Source: Bacteriovoracaceae bacterium
Lineage (GTDB): Bacteria > Bdellovibrionota > Bacteriovoracia > Bacteriovoracales > Bacteriovoracaceae
DNA: 64,000 bases
NCBI GenBank assembly: GCA_048270185.1
Contig: JBLWTJ010000004.1
Coordinates: 32,001-96,000 of the forward strand
Direction: 5' to 3'
Shown: in pieces, positions 39,390 to 50,221 of the stretch
Layout: every line of letters starts with the position of its first letter
Position numbering within the stretch: the stretch's first letter is position 1
Notes under the pieces: model-generated
What the model was told of the DNA's origin: nothing
The model's input: only the letters and a program-made list of their open reading frames with translations
Databases searched by the model: none
Translations under genes and position numbers: made by a program

Positions 39390-40772
39390 CTATAGCTGGT
39401 AGACGAGTTTCTTGAAGTAGTTCCCACGTTCCTCATAGTCTCTAAAGAAGTCCGTTGCAGGATTTCCTGGAGAAAGGATGATCGTGTCACCTGTTCTCGA
39501 CTTTTGATAAGCGAAGAGAACAGACTCTTCAAAAGACCCTACAATGAAAGTTTGTGGGTGCTCACCAAGGGCACGGTTCATTCTTTCCTTTGCTTCACCA
39601 ACAAGAACAATGATTCTTGTGTTAGCGATTAGATCATCTGTGTATGGTTCATATTCCAGTTCTTCGATGTCCTTACCACCAGCGATTAGAATCACTGGAG
39701 TTTTAAAAGACTTCGTTGTTTCAACAAGTGTTTTCATATCACTTGCTTTTGAGTCGTTATAGAAAGAAACACCATTCTTTTCCATTAAGAATTCAATTCT
39801 GTGTGGAATTCCTGGGAATTTCGTTACACATGTTTGAATTGCTTCATCAGAAAGATCAAGGGCCTTACAAGCAGTGATCGCTGCAAGAAGATTTTCTCTG
39901 TTATTTTGTCCGATGATTCTCATTTTCTTAACAGTAAACTCTGAGTGATAAGAAATATTTGAGTGAATTCTTCTGTCGTGGAAGTGAGTACCTTGAATCT
40001 CTTCCATAACACCAAGTTTTACAAATGATCTTCTTGAGTACCAATAAGTTTGGCAATTAGCGTTTCTAAAGAAGCTGTTATTTGCAAGCTTATCGAAGTT
40101 TACGATTAATGTATCATCTGGAGATAGAGCTTTAATGATACTTAATTTTGTTTCCATGTATTCACCCATTGAAGTGAATTGTCCTTGTGGATATGTATCA
40201 GCAATATCTGTGAAGATTACCATTTTTGGATGGAAGTCTGTTAAGCGTCTCATTTGAACTGCAGAAACTTCAACAACAACGTAATCAATTTCATCTTTAT
40301 TTGGAAGCATTGAGAATTCAATAAATGGACTCTCACTTGTTCCACCAACAAATACATTCTTACCATCTTGTCTTAAAGTAAACCCGATCATGTGGGCAAC
40401 AGTTGTACGACCGTGTGATCCACATACTGCGATAATTGGTTTACGACAAAGCTTATTACCTAGTGCGAATTCAGAATAGACTTCTTTTCCTTCACGTCTA
40501 GCAAGCTCAAGTTGTGGCATATTTGGATCAACTGATCCAGAGTACACAACAACATCTGCATTCAAGAAGTCGTCATCTAAGTGTTCACCAAAAGTCATTT
40601 CAACGGCTGGCTTAATCTTACGAAGTTTCTTTACGGCCTTGTTTAGATCAAAAATTGGCTTTATATCTGTTACTCGAATATTACATTCGAGACGATTAAA
40701 GAAGTTAATGAGTCTGAAACCAGTCTTTCCAATACCAACGATTAGGATATTCTTGTTTCTAAATCTCTCCAT
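39390..40772 (-). CDS. murD: MurD-family ligase with atypical active-site motifs
   Basis: Position after mraY; 'GIGKTG', 'GIPHRIEF', 'YNDSKA', 'LIAGGKD', 'LSPG...DYEERG'. P-loop reads GSHGRTT. Confidence 0.85.
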   Translation of the reverse strand: MERFRNKNILIVGIGKTGFRLINFFNRLECNIRVTDIKPIFDLNKAVKKLRKIKPAVEMTFGEHLDDDFLNADVVVYSGSVDPNMPQLELARREGKEVYSEFALGNKLCRKPIIAVCGSHGRTTVAHMIGFTLRQDGKNVFVGGTSESPFIEFSMLPNKDEIDYVVVEVSAVQMRRLTDFHPKMVIFTDIADTYPQGQFTSMGEYMETKLSIIKALSPDDTLIVNFDKLANNSFFRNANCQTYWYSRRSFVKLGVMEEIQGTHFHDRRIHSNISYHSEFTVKKMRIIGQNNRENLLAAITACKALDLSDEAIQTCVTKFPGIPHRIEFLMEKNGVSFYNDSKASDMKTLVETTKSFKTPVILIAGGKDIEELEYEPYTDDLIANTRIIVLVGEAKERMNRALGEHPQTFIVGSFEESVLFAYQKSRTGDTIILSPGNPATDFFRDYEERGNYFKKLVYQL

Positions 40773-40775
40773 TTA

Positions 40776-41852
40776 TTACCTCATCTTCAAAGTTGCAATT
40801 GCAAGAATTGCTAAAAATATACTTATAATCCAAAACCTAACAATAACTTTTGGTTCGGCCCATCCCATCAATTCAAAGTGGTGGTGAATAGGTGCCATTT
40901 TAAAAATTCTCTTCTTGCGAGTTTTGTAAGAGCCAACCTGTAATATTACAGAAACAGCTTCCGCTACAAAAACACCTCCGATAATAACAAAGAGTAATTC
41001 ACTTCTTGTTAGTACCGCCATCGTCCCTAGTGTACCACCTAAGGCAAGGGACCCCACGTCACCCATAAATATCTGAGCTGGATAAGTGTTATACCATAAA
41101 AAACCAACGCCTGCACCGACGATTGCAGCACCAATGACAGCTAATTCACCAACATTTTCAACGTATGGCACAAATAAATATGACGCAATCTCTCTGTGTC
41201 CTGTTGCGTAAGCAATAAATCCAAGAGTTGCGGCCGAAGTAATGATTGGGCCAATGGCCAGACCATCAAGTCCATCAGTCAAGTTAACAGCATTACTAGA
41301 CCCAACTATAACCACTGCACCAAATAATACAAATAGTGCTCCTAGATTAAAAACAGGTCCTTTAATAAAAGGAACAAAGAGTTGATTATCAATAATATTG
41401 AAATGAATCATGGCATAAACAGCAGCGATTGCTGTAATGAATTGCCAGGCCAGTTTTCCCTTAGCTGAAACACCTTTCGTATTTCCTTTTGAGATCTTTG
41501 CATAATCATCAATAAAACCGAGAACAAAGTAGGAAGCTGTTACACCACAGGTAATAACAAGAGGTATCGAATTAAAATTCCCTGTTATCAACAAAGTTAA
41601 AAGAATTGTTCCCAGAATGAAAACACCACCCATAGTAGGTGTTCCCGCTTTCTTTAAGTGCGACTCCGGCCCATCATCACGAATGACTTGGCCAAATTGT
41701 TTTCTCTGCATGAAGCCAATGAAGTATTTACCCCAGATGACAGAGATCACCGTTGCAAGCAAGAATGCCACAACTGTTCTAAATGTGATGTATTTAAAAA
41801 TATTAAACGCAAAGAATTCATCCCTTAAGGGATAGAGGAAATGATACAGCAT
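40776..41852 (-). CDS. mraY: Phospho-N-acetylmuramoyl-pentapeptide transferase
   Basis: 'KAGTPTMGG', 'NAVNLTDGLDGLA', 'IFMGDVGSLALG', 'MAPIHHHFE'. Confidence 0.98.
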   Translation of the reverse strand: MLYHFLYPLRDEFFAFNIFKYITFRTVVAFLLATVISVIWGKYFIGFMQRKQFGQVIRDDGPESHLKKAGTPTMGGVFILGTILLTLLITGNFNSIPLVITCGVTASYFVLGFIDDYAKISKGNTKGVSAKGKLAWQFITAIAAVYAMIHFNIIDNQLFVPFIKGPVFNLGALFVLFGAVVIVGSSNAVNLTDGLDGLAIGPIITSAATLGFIAYATGHREIASYLFVPYVENVGELAVIGAAIVGAGVGFLWYNTYPAQIFMGDVGSLALGGTLGTMAVLTRSELLFVIIGGVFVAEAVSVILQVGSYKTRKKRIFKMAPIHHHFELMGWAEPKVIVRFWIISIFLAILAIATLKMR

Positions 41853-41876
41853 GTAATCACCTGGTTTTAAATTATA

Positions 41877-43187
41877 TTACATAGTTATATCTATTAGCTT
41901 CTCTAGTTGTAAAGAACGAGAAGCTTTTAAAAAAATATAATCGTACGATTTTAATACTTTTAACCATTCATCCCTAAAATCTTCAAGATTTTCAAAAGAT
42001 TGAGCTGCACCACGAAATGAATTTTCATAGAATTGCCTAAAGCGGCCTAAGAAAATGGCATGATTTGCACCTGCTAAGTTCAAGTCCTCAGCAATGGCCT
42101 CATGATGAAATTGAGTCTTATCTCCAAGCTCATTCATATCCCCAATAATATAAATAGCTTTTTTGCCTTCAGGAATTTGTTTAGCAAATTCCTTAATGGC
42201 CAAGGACATAGATGTTGGATTGGCGTTGTAAGCATCAAGATATACTTGGACCTTATCAACATTAATCCACTGTGCCCTTTTATTTTCAGGTAGCCGTAGA
42301 TTCTTTAATTCATGAGCAAGACAAACACTAAAGATATTTTCGAGTATGAATGCAGCTGCTTGAACGTTCCATCGATTATAGGACTCTCTAATAAAGTCAC
42401 TTTCAAAATCATAAACATTGGCCTTAGTAATCGCACATACTTTTTCTGACTCAGGGATTGTTTTTAATTTCTCGTCCTCGTCATTTCGATAGAATCGCTT
42501 TCCATTCTTCTCTATCCATCGATTGAGGGCCGATTTCTCTTCGAGAACACCATCTAGATCTTTTAGAAACTCAGTATGAGCGTGGCCAATATTTGTAATA
42601 TAACCATAATCAGGCTTTGCTATTTCACAAAGAGCTTCAATTTCACCAAAATGATTAGTTCCCATTTCAATAATCGCAAAACGATGATGATCTTTTATCG
42701 AGAAAATCGTAAGTGGAACTCCTATATGATTATTGAGATTACCTTGTGTACAAATAACTGCTTCATGAAGAAAAGACTTTGTTAAAGAAAAAAGCATCTC
42801 TTTTGTCGTAGTCTTGCCGTTTGATCCCGTAAGACCAAAAACAATTCCACCATTATCTTTCCACAGATCGATTCTAAGTTTTGCACTATCTTGAAGAAAT
42901 ACTAAACTATCTTCCACCATCAAAAAGCATGCGTCTTTATAAGTAGTCTTAAATGACTCTAACTTATTAATTCGATCATCACTAAAAGTCGTTATGATTG
43001 TCGTTGCACCATTCTTTAAAGCATCTTCTATAAAATCAAATGCATCAAATCGTTCACCTTTTAGTGCAACGAAAGTATTCTCATTATTCTTTAGACGTGA
43101 ATCAGTAGTTAGTAGAATTTCAGAATTAGAGAGTTCTCCAATTCTTTTCTTTATTCCACTAACTTTTTCAAGATCTATTACTTTCAT
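41877..43187 (-). CDS. murF: UDP-MurNAc-tripeptide--D-Ala-D-Ala ligase
   Basis: 'LTGSNGKTTTKE', 'NNHIGVPLT', 'EMGTNHFGEI', 'DAYNANPTSM', 'KASR'. Confidence 0.95.
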   Translation of the reverse strand: MKVIDLEKVSGIKKRIGELSNSEILLTTDSRLKNNENTFVALKGERFDAFDFIEDALKNGATTIITTFSDDRINKLESFKTTYKDACFLMVEDSLVFLQDSAKLRIDLWKDNGGIVFGLTGSNGKTTTKEMLFSLTKSFLHEAVICTQGNLNNHIGVPLTIFSIKDHHRFAIIEMGTNHFGEIEALCEIAKPDYGYITNIGHAHTEFLKDLDGVLEEKSALNRWIEKNGKRFYRNDEDEKLKTIPESEKVCAITKANVYDFESDFIRESYNRWNVQAAAFILENIFSVCLAHELKNLRLPENKRAQWINVDKVQVYLDAYNANPTSMSLAIKEFAKQIPEGKKAIYIIGDMNELGDKTQFHHEAIAEDLNLAGANHAIFLGRFRQFYENSFRGAAQSFENLEDFRDEWLKVLKSYDYIFLKASRSLQLEKLIDITM

Positions 43188-44497
43188 AAATTACCAATGG
43201 CCTTTTGAACTTCTTCTATATCACTAAAGTGATGTTTTACACCTTTGATATCTTGATATTCTTCATGTCCTTTCCCTGCAATAATAACCACAGTTGGACT
43301 TTCATATTCTCTAACATATTTTGAAATGGCTTCACGACGATCAGTTATTACATCAACTTCATCAGTATTGCCTTTCAAAATATCTTCAATTATTTGTTTA
43401 GGATCCTCAAAGCGTGGATTATCACTTGTTACCACAACTTGATCACTATACTTTAGTGCTGCTTCAAGCATAAGTGGTCGTTTAATGCGATCACGATCTC
43501 CACCACAGCCAAAGAGAGTAATGATCGTATGATCTTTATAATGTTTTTTTGATTCGCCACAAATATTCACTATCGCATCTGGTGTGTGAGCATAGTCCAC
43601 AATAAAGAGGCTTTTATTTTTTCTAAAAAGATTAAAGCGTCCTTTCGGTAGTTCTAATTTAATCTTTCGCTTTAAATCTATACCACTTGCTTGATCACAA
43701 AGAGCAAAAGCAAGATCTAAATTATCTTGATTATAACTAAGAGAAAATTCCTCAGAATAAATATTATCGACATGATCAGCAATACTATATTCAATCTTGT
43801 CTTTAAAGAAGTTCACTTGTGTTGATGGAATAATAAAAGAAGTCTTGGCATAACTTGCAAGTTTAGCCTTGGCCTTAAAATAATCTTCCATCGTACCATG
43901 ATAATCTAGGTGATCTTGTGTGAGATTTGTCCAGCCGATAGAACTAAATTCGATATCTTTTACACGATTCTGTTCAAGAGCGTGACTACTCACTTCTAGG
44001 CAGAAGTAAGTAATATCGTTTAAAGTATAAATAATTCGTCTAAGATCCAAGTAAGATGGTGTTGTAGCAGAGAGACTTGGCATAATCTCTTGTTCGTTTT
44101 TTATAATACCAACAGTACCAATGCTACAGGCATTGTAACCATTCTCATTTAGGATTAACTGACACAAATGAGTTACAGAAGACTTACCATTAGTTCCTGT
44201 CACGCCAATAACTTTAACTTCACGATTAATAGGATAAAGTGCTTCAACTAATTGCTCTTGAAGAACATAAAATTCTTCTTCATTAACCACAAGTGTTTCT
44301 ATATCTGATACTTTACGATTTGTGATAACAAGACCTGCACTTCCTTTATTAAAACGTTCTTTAAAAAGTTCCAAGGCCTTATCATTATCTTGTAATCGAT
44401 AAAATGCAATATCACTCTTCGAGGCTTGATCGAGGTTTGTCGTAAGGTTTATGTAGTTGTTGATCGCAATATTGTATTTAGCGATTAGATTATTCAT
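43184..44497 (-). CDS. murE: UDP-MurNAc-dipeptide--meso-DAP ligase
   Basis: 'GVTGTNGKSS', 'EVSSH', 'NLTQDHLDYH', 'VDYAHTPD', DAP-specific 'DNPR', 'AGKGHE'. Confidence 0.95.
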   Translation of the reverse strand: MNNLIAKYNIAINNYINLTTNLDQASKSDIAFYRLQDNDKALELFKERFNKGSAGLVITNRKVSDIETLVVNEEEFYVLQEQLVEALYPINREVKVIGVTGTNGKSSVTHLCQLILNENGYNACSIGTVGIIKNEQEIMPSLSATTPSYLDLRRIIYTLNDITYFCLEVSSHALEQNRVKDIEFSSIGWTNLTQDHLDYHGTMEDYFKAKAKLASYAKTSFIIPSTQVNFFKDKIEYSIADHVDNIYSEEFSLSYNQDNLDLAFALCDQASGIDLKRKIKLELPKGRFNLFRKNKSLFIVDYAHTPDAIVNICGESKKHYKDHTIITLFGCGGDRDRIKRPLMLEAALKYSDQVVVTSDNPRFEDPKQIIEDILKGNTDEVDVITDRREAISKYVREYESPTVVIIAGKGHEEYQDIKGVKHHFSDIEEVQKAIGNL

Positions 44498-46412
44498 ATG
44501 TAGGAGGTGCGTACCTTAATTTAATAATAGTATTGTTACTATACTCTGTTCCAGCCTCTGGTAATTGTTCTTCAACAACTCCGACTCCACTGTGACTAAG
44601 ATCAATTCCGAGTTTTTCTGCTAACTTCATGGCTGATTTTTTATCAAGACCAACAAAGTTTGGCACCTGTCCATGGCCTGTGAAACGTTTTGCTGAATGA
44701 ACACGTTTTACAGAATCAAACGCCATATCATTCTTATAAGATTCGTTATCGGCCAGTCCTTCAAATTCCTTATTTTTGTACAGTAGATATTCCGTTACTT
44801 TTTTAAATACTGGACCGGCGACAGAGTTTCCATAATAAGATTCTCCCGGAGCTGGTTTATCAACATAGGCATAGACTACAAATTTCTTTTTAACGCCAAC
44901 AGGAAATCCTAGAAATCCAGGAATATAGCCCGTGTAACGTCCACTCTTATCTGATCTTTGTGCAGTTGATGTTTTTGCGGCAATTTTAAAATAAGGAATT
45001 TTTCCTTTTCTAGCAGTACCGTCTTCAACCGTTTTAATCATCATATCAGTTAAAGATTTTGCTACATCTTCGGGAATAACTCTCTTTGATTTAACTTTAT
45101 TTATGTCATCCACTTTTAGGATTGTCGGTTGAACATAGACTCCATTATTTGCAATGGCCGCATAAGAAGCGAGCATCTGTATTCCTGTTGTTGCAACACC
45201 TTGTCCAAAACTAATATTACTCAAAGATAGAGGTGATACATTCTTATCGTCAGTAAAAATACCTCGAGATTCTGCAGGAAGTTCAATTCCCGTCTTTTCA
45301 CCGATATGAAATTCAGTAAGGGTCTTCTTAAGTTTTGGAAATGTCAGATCAAAAGCGATTTTCGTTGTCCCGATATTTGAAGAGTGCATAAGGATCTCTT
45401 CAACTGAAAGCCATTCAAACTTTTTACGAGATTCTGCTTCCTTAATAATATGATCCTCTACTTTTAGTCGACCTTGTTCACAATAGTAATTTGTATCAGG
45501 ACGAACAACTTTATTCTCAAGCGCAGAAGCCACTGTTAAAACTTTCATTGTTGAGCCAGGCTCAAAAGGGTCACTAATAAAGGCTAACTTTCTATTTTTA
45601 CTTTTTGAGTCTGAAACATCGTTAGGATCAAATGTTGGATAATTGGCCATTGCAATGATCTCACCTGTTTGAGCATCCATGACACCAACACCACCGCGCT
45701 TTGCAGATACTTTCTCGACAGCTTCTTTAATAGCCTTCTCTGCTACGGCCTGAACTTCTTTATCAATTGATAGATAAATATCATTTGCTCTCTCAGTTGG
45801 AATATTCTGACTAACGTAACGAACAGGGCGGCCCTTGTTATCCTTAAAGTACTTAATGATTTGAGGCTCTCCCCTTAAATCTTTGTCAAAGCGATGTTCA
45901 ATTCCAGCTAATCCATTATTATCTAGGCCAACAAACCCAAGCGTCTGTGCTGCAAGTTCGTGGTTTGGATAGATTCTCTTTGGAATTTCTTCAATATAAA
46001 TACCTTGCAGGGCCTTTATCTTTAAAACTTGATCTTCATTTAATTTTGCTTTTCTTGTAATCCAAGTAAAACGATTTCTTTTTAAAGCTTTTTTTGCGAT
46101 ACCATCAAGATCCATCTCAGGGATAATGGCCTTAAGTTTCTCATAAACTTTCTTATCGTTGATATTCTTTGGGATTGTGAAGATTGAGTAAGTTCTAATA
46201 TTTATCGCTAGGGGATTTCCATTGCGATCATAAATATGCCCACGTCTTGGAAAGACTTTTCTTTCACGAAAGAACTGTTTCTTAGATTGTGACAATAAGT
46301 GACCACGATCAACTACTTGTATTCGAAAGGCCTTAACAACAATTGCCAAGAATGCGACAGCGAATACTGCATAGACTAATTTTAATCGTTGATTTAACTT
46401 ATTATCATTCAC
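44490..46412 (-). CDS. ftsI: Division transpeptidase PBP3 with PASTA domain
   Basis: 'RGHIYDRNG', 'EPGSTMK', 'SSNIG', 'KTST' (KTG variant), C-terminal 'VPNFVGL'. Confidence 0.93.
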   Translation of the reverse strand: MNDNKLNQRLKLVYAVFAVAFLAIVVKAFRIQVVDRGHLLSQSKKQFFRERKVFPRRGHIYDRNGNPLAINIRTYSIFTIPKNINDKKVYEKLKAIIPEMDLDGIAKKALKRNRFTWITRKAKLNEDQVLKIKALQGIYIEEIPKRIYPNHELAAQTLGFVGLDNNGLAGIEHRFDKDLRGEPQIIKYFKDNKGRPVRYVSQNIPTERANDIYLSIDKEVQAVAEKAIKEAVEKVSAKRGGVGVMDAQTGEIIAMANYPTFDPNDVSDSKSKNRKLAFISDPFEPGSTMKVLTVASALENKVVRPDTNYYCEQGRLKVEDHIIKEAESRKKFEWLSVEEILMHSSNIGTTKIAFDLTFPKLKKTLTEFHIGEKTGIELPAESRGIFTDDKNVSPLSLSNISFGQGVATTGIQMLASYAAIANNGVYVQPTILKVDDINKVKSKRVIPEDVAKSLTDMMIKTVEDGTARKGKIPYFKIAAKTSTAQRSDKSGRYTGYIPGFLGFPVGVKKKFVVYAYVDKPAPGESYYGNSVAGPVFKKVTEYLLYKNKEFEGLADNESYKNDMAFDSVKRVHSAKRFTGHGQVPNFVGLDKKSAMKLAEKLGIDLSHSGVGVVEEQLPEAGTEYSNNTIIKLRYAPPTYE

Positions 46413-46417
46413 AATTT

Positions 46418-46765
46418 TTACTTCTTAGTCGGTACGACAATAATTTGATGTTGCTTTGGTTGAGCAAGGTTATAAGTACGGGCCATCTTTCTAAGATTTG
46501 AAACAGATAGTAGTCTCGCCTTCTTTGCCTTTAGCTCTTTCCCCTCAACTCTAATTTTTTCAACATCTTTTTTTACATTAGCAATTTCATAATTAAGCTC
46601 AATTCCTTTCATTCTAAATAAAACAAAGAGAACTGTAATTACAACTAAACTAAGCACGATTGGAAGTCCTTGAGAACTGAGAACAATTCCCTTTAATTTA
46701 TTTCCAATACCTTCTTTCTTTGTTGTACTTGTTTTTGATCGACTCATCCTTGAGGCCATTTGCAA
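46418..46765 (-). CDS. ftsL: Cell division protein FtsL (putative)
   Basis: TM helix plus leucine-zipper-like segment, between rsmH and ftsI. Confidence 0.7.
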   Translation of the reverse strand: MQMASRMSRSKTSTTKKEGIGNKLKGIVLSSQGLPIVLSLVVITVLFVLFRMKGIELNYEIANVKKDVEKIRVEGKELKAKKARLLSVSNLRKMARTYNLAQPKQHQIIVVPTKK

Positions 46766-46769
46766 TCTC

Positions 46770-47774
46770 CTATTGCTTATCTTTTTTAGAATACTTCTCG
46801 TACTTATTCTTTGATTTCTTACTCTCTACACGTTTCAAAATTCTTAATTTTGCTGAACGTGAACGAGAGTTTTCAGAAATCTCTTCATCACTTGGAATTA
46901 TTGGCTTTTTGACTTCATTTTCAAAGAGCATTTCACCAAGTCCATTCTTTTCATAATCTTTAAAAAGCTTCTTCACTATTCTATCTTCAAGTGAATGAAA
47001 ACTTATAATTAATATTCTACCATTAATCTTCAATAATGGTAGAACCTGACCAATAACATCGGCTACTACATCAAGTTCACGGTTAACTTCAATTCGTAGC
47101 GCCTGAAAACATTTTGTGGCCGGATGAATTCGGCCAAATTGTAATTTCTTTGGGTAGCAATTCTTAATTAAGTCGGCCAATTGAAAAGTCGTTTCTATAG
47201 GACCATCTTTTGCGCGAGTTAAAATAATTTGCTCCGCGATGCGCCAAGCATATTTTTCTTCACCATAATCTCGAAAAAGATCGGCAAGCTCTTGCTGTGA
47301 ATAACTATTAACTATGTCCTTGGCCGTTTTAATTTCATCATTGTCATAATCCATCCTCATATCAAGAGGGGCATCCACACGAAAAGAGAAGCCTCGAGAG
47401 CCTTCATCAAAATGATGAGATGAAACCCCAAGATCGAGTAGAACACCATTAAGGCCGCCATTGTCTTCCAAGAGATTAGCGTGTTTAACGGCGACAATAT
47501 CGTTGAAAAAGCAAAAGTTTGAATCGTTCAAGAAAAGACGATCCTTAACTCCCTTCTCCTCTATTAGCTTATGACCATTCTTCAAAGCATCTGGGTCTTG
47601 GTCAAAGGAGATAAGCCTAGCTTTTTGATCTCGTTCGACTATGGCCAGAGAATGTCCTCCTGCACCAAAAGTGCAATCAGCAAAGAGTAATTGTTCTTCT
47701 GACTCCATATCTAAATAAAGGTAGTCGAGACATTCCTTCTTCAATACTGAATAATGTTCCTTATATTCTTCCAC
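46770..47774 (-). CDS. rsmH: 16S rRNA m4C1402 methyltransferase
   Basis: 'DCTFGAGGHS', 'DLGVSS', 'PLDMRMD', 'FQALRIEVN', 'SFHSLEDRIVK', 'RSRSAKLR'. Confidence 0.97.
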   Translation of the reverse strand: MEEYKEHYSVLKKECLDYLYLDMESEEQLLFADCTFGAGGHSLAIVERDQKARLISFDQDPDALKNGHKLIEEKGVKDRLFLNDSNFCFFNDIVAVKHANLLEDNGGLNGVLLDLGVSSHHFDEGSRGFSFRVDAPLDMRMDYDNDEIKTAKDIVNSYSQQELADLFRDYGEEKYAWRIAEQIILTRAKDGPIETTFQLADLIKNCYPKKLQFGRIHPATKCFQALRIEVNRELDVVADVIGQVLPLLKINGRILIISFHSLEDRIVKKLFKDYEKNGLGEMLFENEVKKPIIPSDEEISENSRSRSAKLRILKRVESKKSKNKYEKYSKKDKQ

Positions 47775-47901
47775 AAAAACCTAAGCTGCTAATTTTCTAC
47801 TCACTAAAAGTGAACTTACTTTTAATATCTTTCATTTGTTTGACTTGTAGCCTTAGTCAATGCCAAAATTTTACATCTAGCGCAAGGAATTTAAAAGCAG
47901 A

Positions 47902-49128
47902 ATGAGAGATACAGATTTAATTTTAAATAAATTCATCGAGTCTGGGGTCCTTAATATTAAAGGACGTATTAACGCCTATTATGCCAGAAAGAATTATTCT
48001 AAAAATTTCTTAAATTCAGCAAAGGAATTAACTCGCCTCGATATATCTTCAAAAATTAAAAGTGCTAAAAAAAATCTATCTCCTAATGATGCAGCAAAGC
48101 TTATGAGAAATCTCGTAACTTCAAGTGCATGGATTAGCTTTTCAACTGCACGCTATATCCACTCTCTTACTAACTTTAAAAGTTTTGAAAATAAATTTGA
48201 TTTCGACAAAGTTAATTATCGTTTCTTTAACGATATCAAAAATCGCAAAGAAATTGATCTAAGTGACGAAGAGATATTTAAGATTATTTACAATGAAGTA
48301 GAGTATGCAAAATACCACCCAAATTATATTCCAAATCTAGAAAAACCAACAACGAAGGCTACCATAGTTCTCATCCCAGGTGTGTTTAATGAACTTTTTT
48401 CAACACCTTCATTTGAGCGAGCCTGTCACTTTTTAAAAGAACAGTATGGTATAAAGTACTTCACACCAAGTATTAACGGTTTTAATGATTGCAACAAAAA
48501 TGCAGAATCTTTAAAGAATCAAATAAATGCATATCTTGAAGATCATCAAAATGAGAAACTTTGGTTAGTAGCTTTTTCAAAAGGTGGCCTTGACTCTCTT
48601 CACTATTTAAAAGATTACTCAGAGGAACAAGATAATATCTTAGGACTTTCCACAATCGCCTCTCCTATACTCGGATCGGATACTTTCAATAAGAAGCTTA
48701 TAAAGACACTAAACCTTATTCATAATTTTTCTGATTCAAAGCTTTATCAATTAATCGATAAGAAGAAAGATATCCTTGCTAAAGAAATGCAAAAATCTCT
48801 TTCTTCAACTTACCGAAGACCTTGGATGAGAAATCATCACGAGCAGTTAAATCCAAATCTCTTCTATACTTCAATTGGCTTTTCTTCAAAGTGGTATGAA
48901 AGTCATCTATGGATGATGCTCATGAAATTAATTATTCGCAGTAAAAATGAAAACGACGGTGTCGTCGATACTGAGAATTCTTTATTTCCATATTATTTTG
49001 AAAAAGGAATTAAATTGGGAATACTTGATGGCCACCATCTAATAGGAAGAAGATCTTCTTTCTATTGTCAGGAGGCCCTGATTGAAGCACATATACACTT
49101 CTTAAAATATAAGGGGCTACTCTTTTAA
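47902..49128 (+). CDS. Alpha/beta-hydrolase (lipase-like)
   Basis: 'LIPGVF', nucleophile elbow 'AFSKGG', 'ASPILGS', 'NDGVV', 'GHH'. Confidence 0.72.
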   Translation: MRDTDLILNKFIESGVLNIKGRINAYYARKNYSKNFLNSAKELTRLDISSKIKSAKKNLSPNDAAKLMRNLVTSSAWISFSTARYIHSLTNFKSFENKFDFDKVNYRFFNDIKNRKEIDLSDEEIFKIIYNEVEYAKYHPNYIPNLEKPTTKATIVLIPGVFNELFSTPSFERACHFLKEQYGIKYFTPSINGFNDCNKNAESLKNQINAYLEDHQNEKLWLVAFSKGGLDSLHYLKDYSEEQDNILGLSTIASPILGSDTFNKKLIKTLNLIHNFSDSKLYQLIDKKKDILAKEMQKSLSSTYRRPWMRNHHEQLNPNLFYTSIGFSSKWYESHLWMMLMKLIIRSKNENDGVVDTENSLFPYYFEKGIKLGILDGHHLIGRRSSFYCQEALIEAHIHFLKYKGLLF

Positions 49129-49710
49129 GCCACCCTTGAGGTTCATTAAAACCAGTTTAGACATTGTCTTTAAAGTTTCAAATACTCCAACACCATTAAC
49201 TGCAACAGCATCATAGGCCGGTCTCTCATCAGCATTTAAAGTCTGATTCATATCTTCAACAGGAGTTACGTTCGGTAGATCTCTCTTATTCCATTGAAAA
49301 ACAATTGGAATATTATCAATATCATAACCTTGCTCTGTTAAGTTCGCTTCTAAACTTTTTAATGACTCAATATTAGCTTCCATTCTCTCAAGTTGTGAGT
49401 CAGCAACAAAGACAACACCATCAACTCCACGAAGAATTAACTTGCGAGACGATTCATAAAAGACCTGTCCAGGTACTGTATAAAGGTGAAAGCGAGTCTT
49501 AAAGCCACGAATCTCACCAAGGTCTAGTGGAAGGAAATCAAAAAAGATTGTTCTTTCATTTTCTGAATCAAGTGAGACCATCTCACCTTTATTACCACCA
49601 GCAGTTTTCTTATAAATATATTGAATATTAGTTGTCTTACCACCAAGCCCTGGTCCGTAATAGACAATCTTACAATTAATTTCCTTTGTATTATAATTTA
49701 CAAAAGACAT
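49117..49710 (-). CDS. mglA: Ras-like GTPase MglA (start corrected to ATG 49710)
   Basis: '[28 protein letters not shown]', 'RTIFFDFLP', 'YTVPGQVFY', 'NKRDLP'. Confidence 0.96.
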   Translation of the reverse strand: MSFVNYNTKEINCKIVYYGPGLGGKTTNIQYIYKKTAGGNKGEMVSLDSENERTIFFDFLPLDLGEIRGFKTRFHLYTVPGQVFYESSRKLILRGVDGVVFVADSQLERMEANIESLKSLEANLTEQGYDIDNIPIVFQWNKRDLPNVTPVEDMNQTLNADERPAYDAVAVNGVGVFETLKTMSKLVLMNLKGGLKE

Positions 49711-49720
49711 AGTGCCCCCA

Positions 49721-50212
49721 TTATCCCATAACACCTGCAAAGAGGTCTTCAACTTCATTGTCACTAATATCATCAAATAAGAATACATCATCAGTTTGAA
49801 TGTCTTGTGACAAGTGAGCTTCAATAAATTCAACAAGCTTTGACTCAATTAAGCGTACACGCCCTTTAAGCTTTGCTGGATTGTCGACTCCAAAATAAAT
49901 TAGGCTTAAATAAATATCTTCAAAGTTTCCAGAAAGTTTCGTTATATAGATACCTTTAGATGAAGTCGTATAATTAAATCTAAAATCATCTTCTGTTTCT
50001 TCAGGAATAAACTGAGAAAGTACGCTACTTGCTTGCCATACGCCAGCGATCAGTGCACCTGCAGTATCACTATCAAAATCTGTTTGAATACTTTTAAAAG
50101 AATAAAGTGGAATACCATCTTGGCGACAAACAATAAGACCACTATTAACTAGTGAGTCCAGCCCGCTATATTCTTTAAAAAACTCCTGAATAACGACTTC
50201 AATGTTATCCAT
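49721..50212 (-). CDS. mglB: Divergent MglB / roadblock-LC7 protein (putative MglA GAP)
   Basis: Directly upstream of mglA; '[12 protein letters not shown]', '[15 protein letters not shown]' fit the roadblock pattern. Confidence 0.6.
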   Translation of the reverse strand: MDNIEVVIQEFFKEYSGLDSLVNSGLIVCRQDGIPLYSFKSIQTDFDSDTAGALIAGVWQASSVLSQFIPEETEDDFRFNYTTSSKGIYITKLSGNFEDIYLSLIYFGVDNPAKLKGRVRLIESKLVEFIEAHLSQDIQTDDVFLFDDISDNEVEDLFAGVMG

Positions 50213-50221
50213 AAACCTTCC

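Noticed and set aside
49711..49848. 46-aa N-terminal extension of MglA in the ORF track
   Set aside because: Overlaps mglB; the canonical MSF(V/I)NY start is at 49710.
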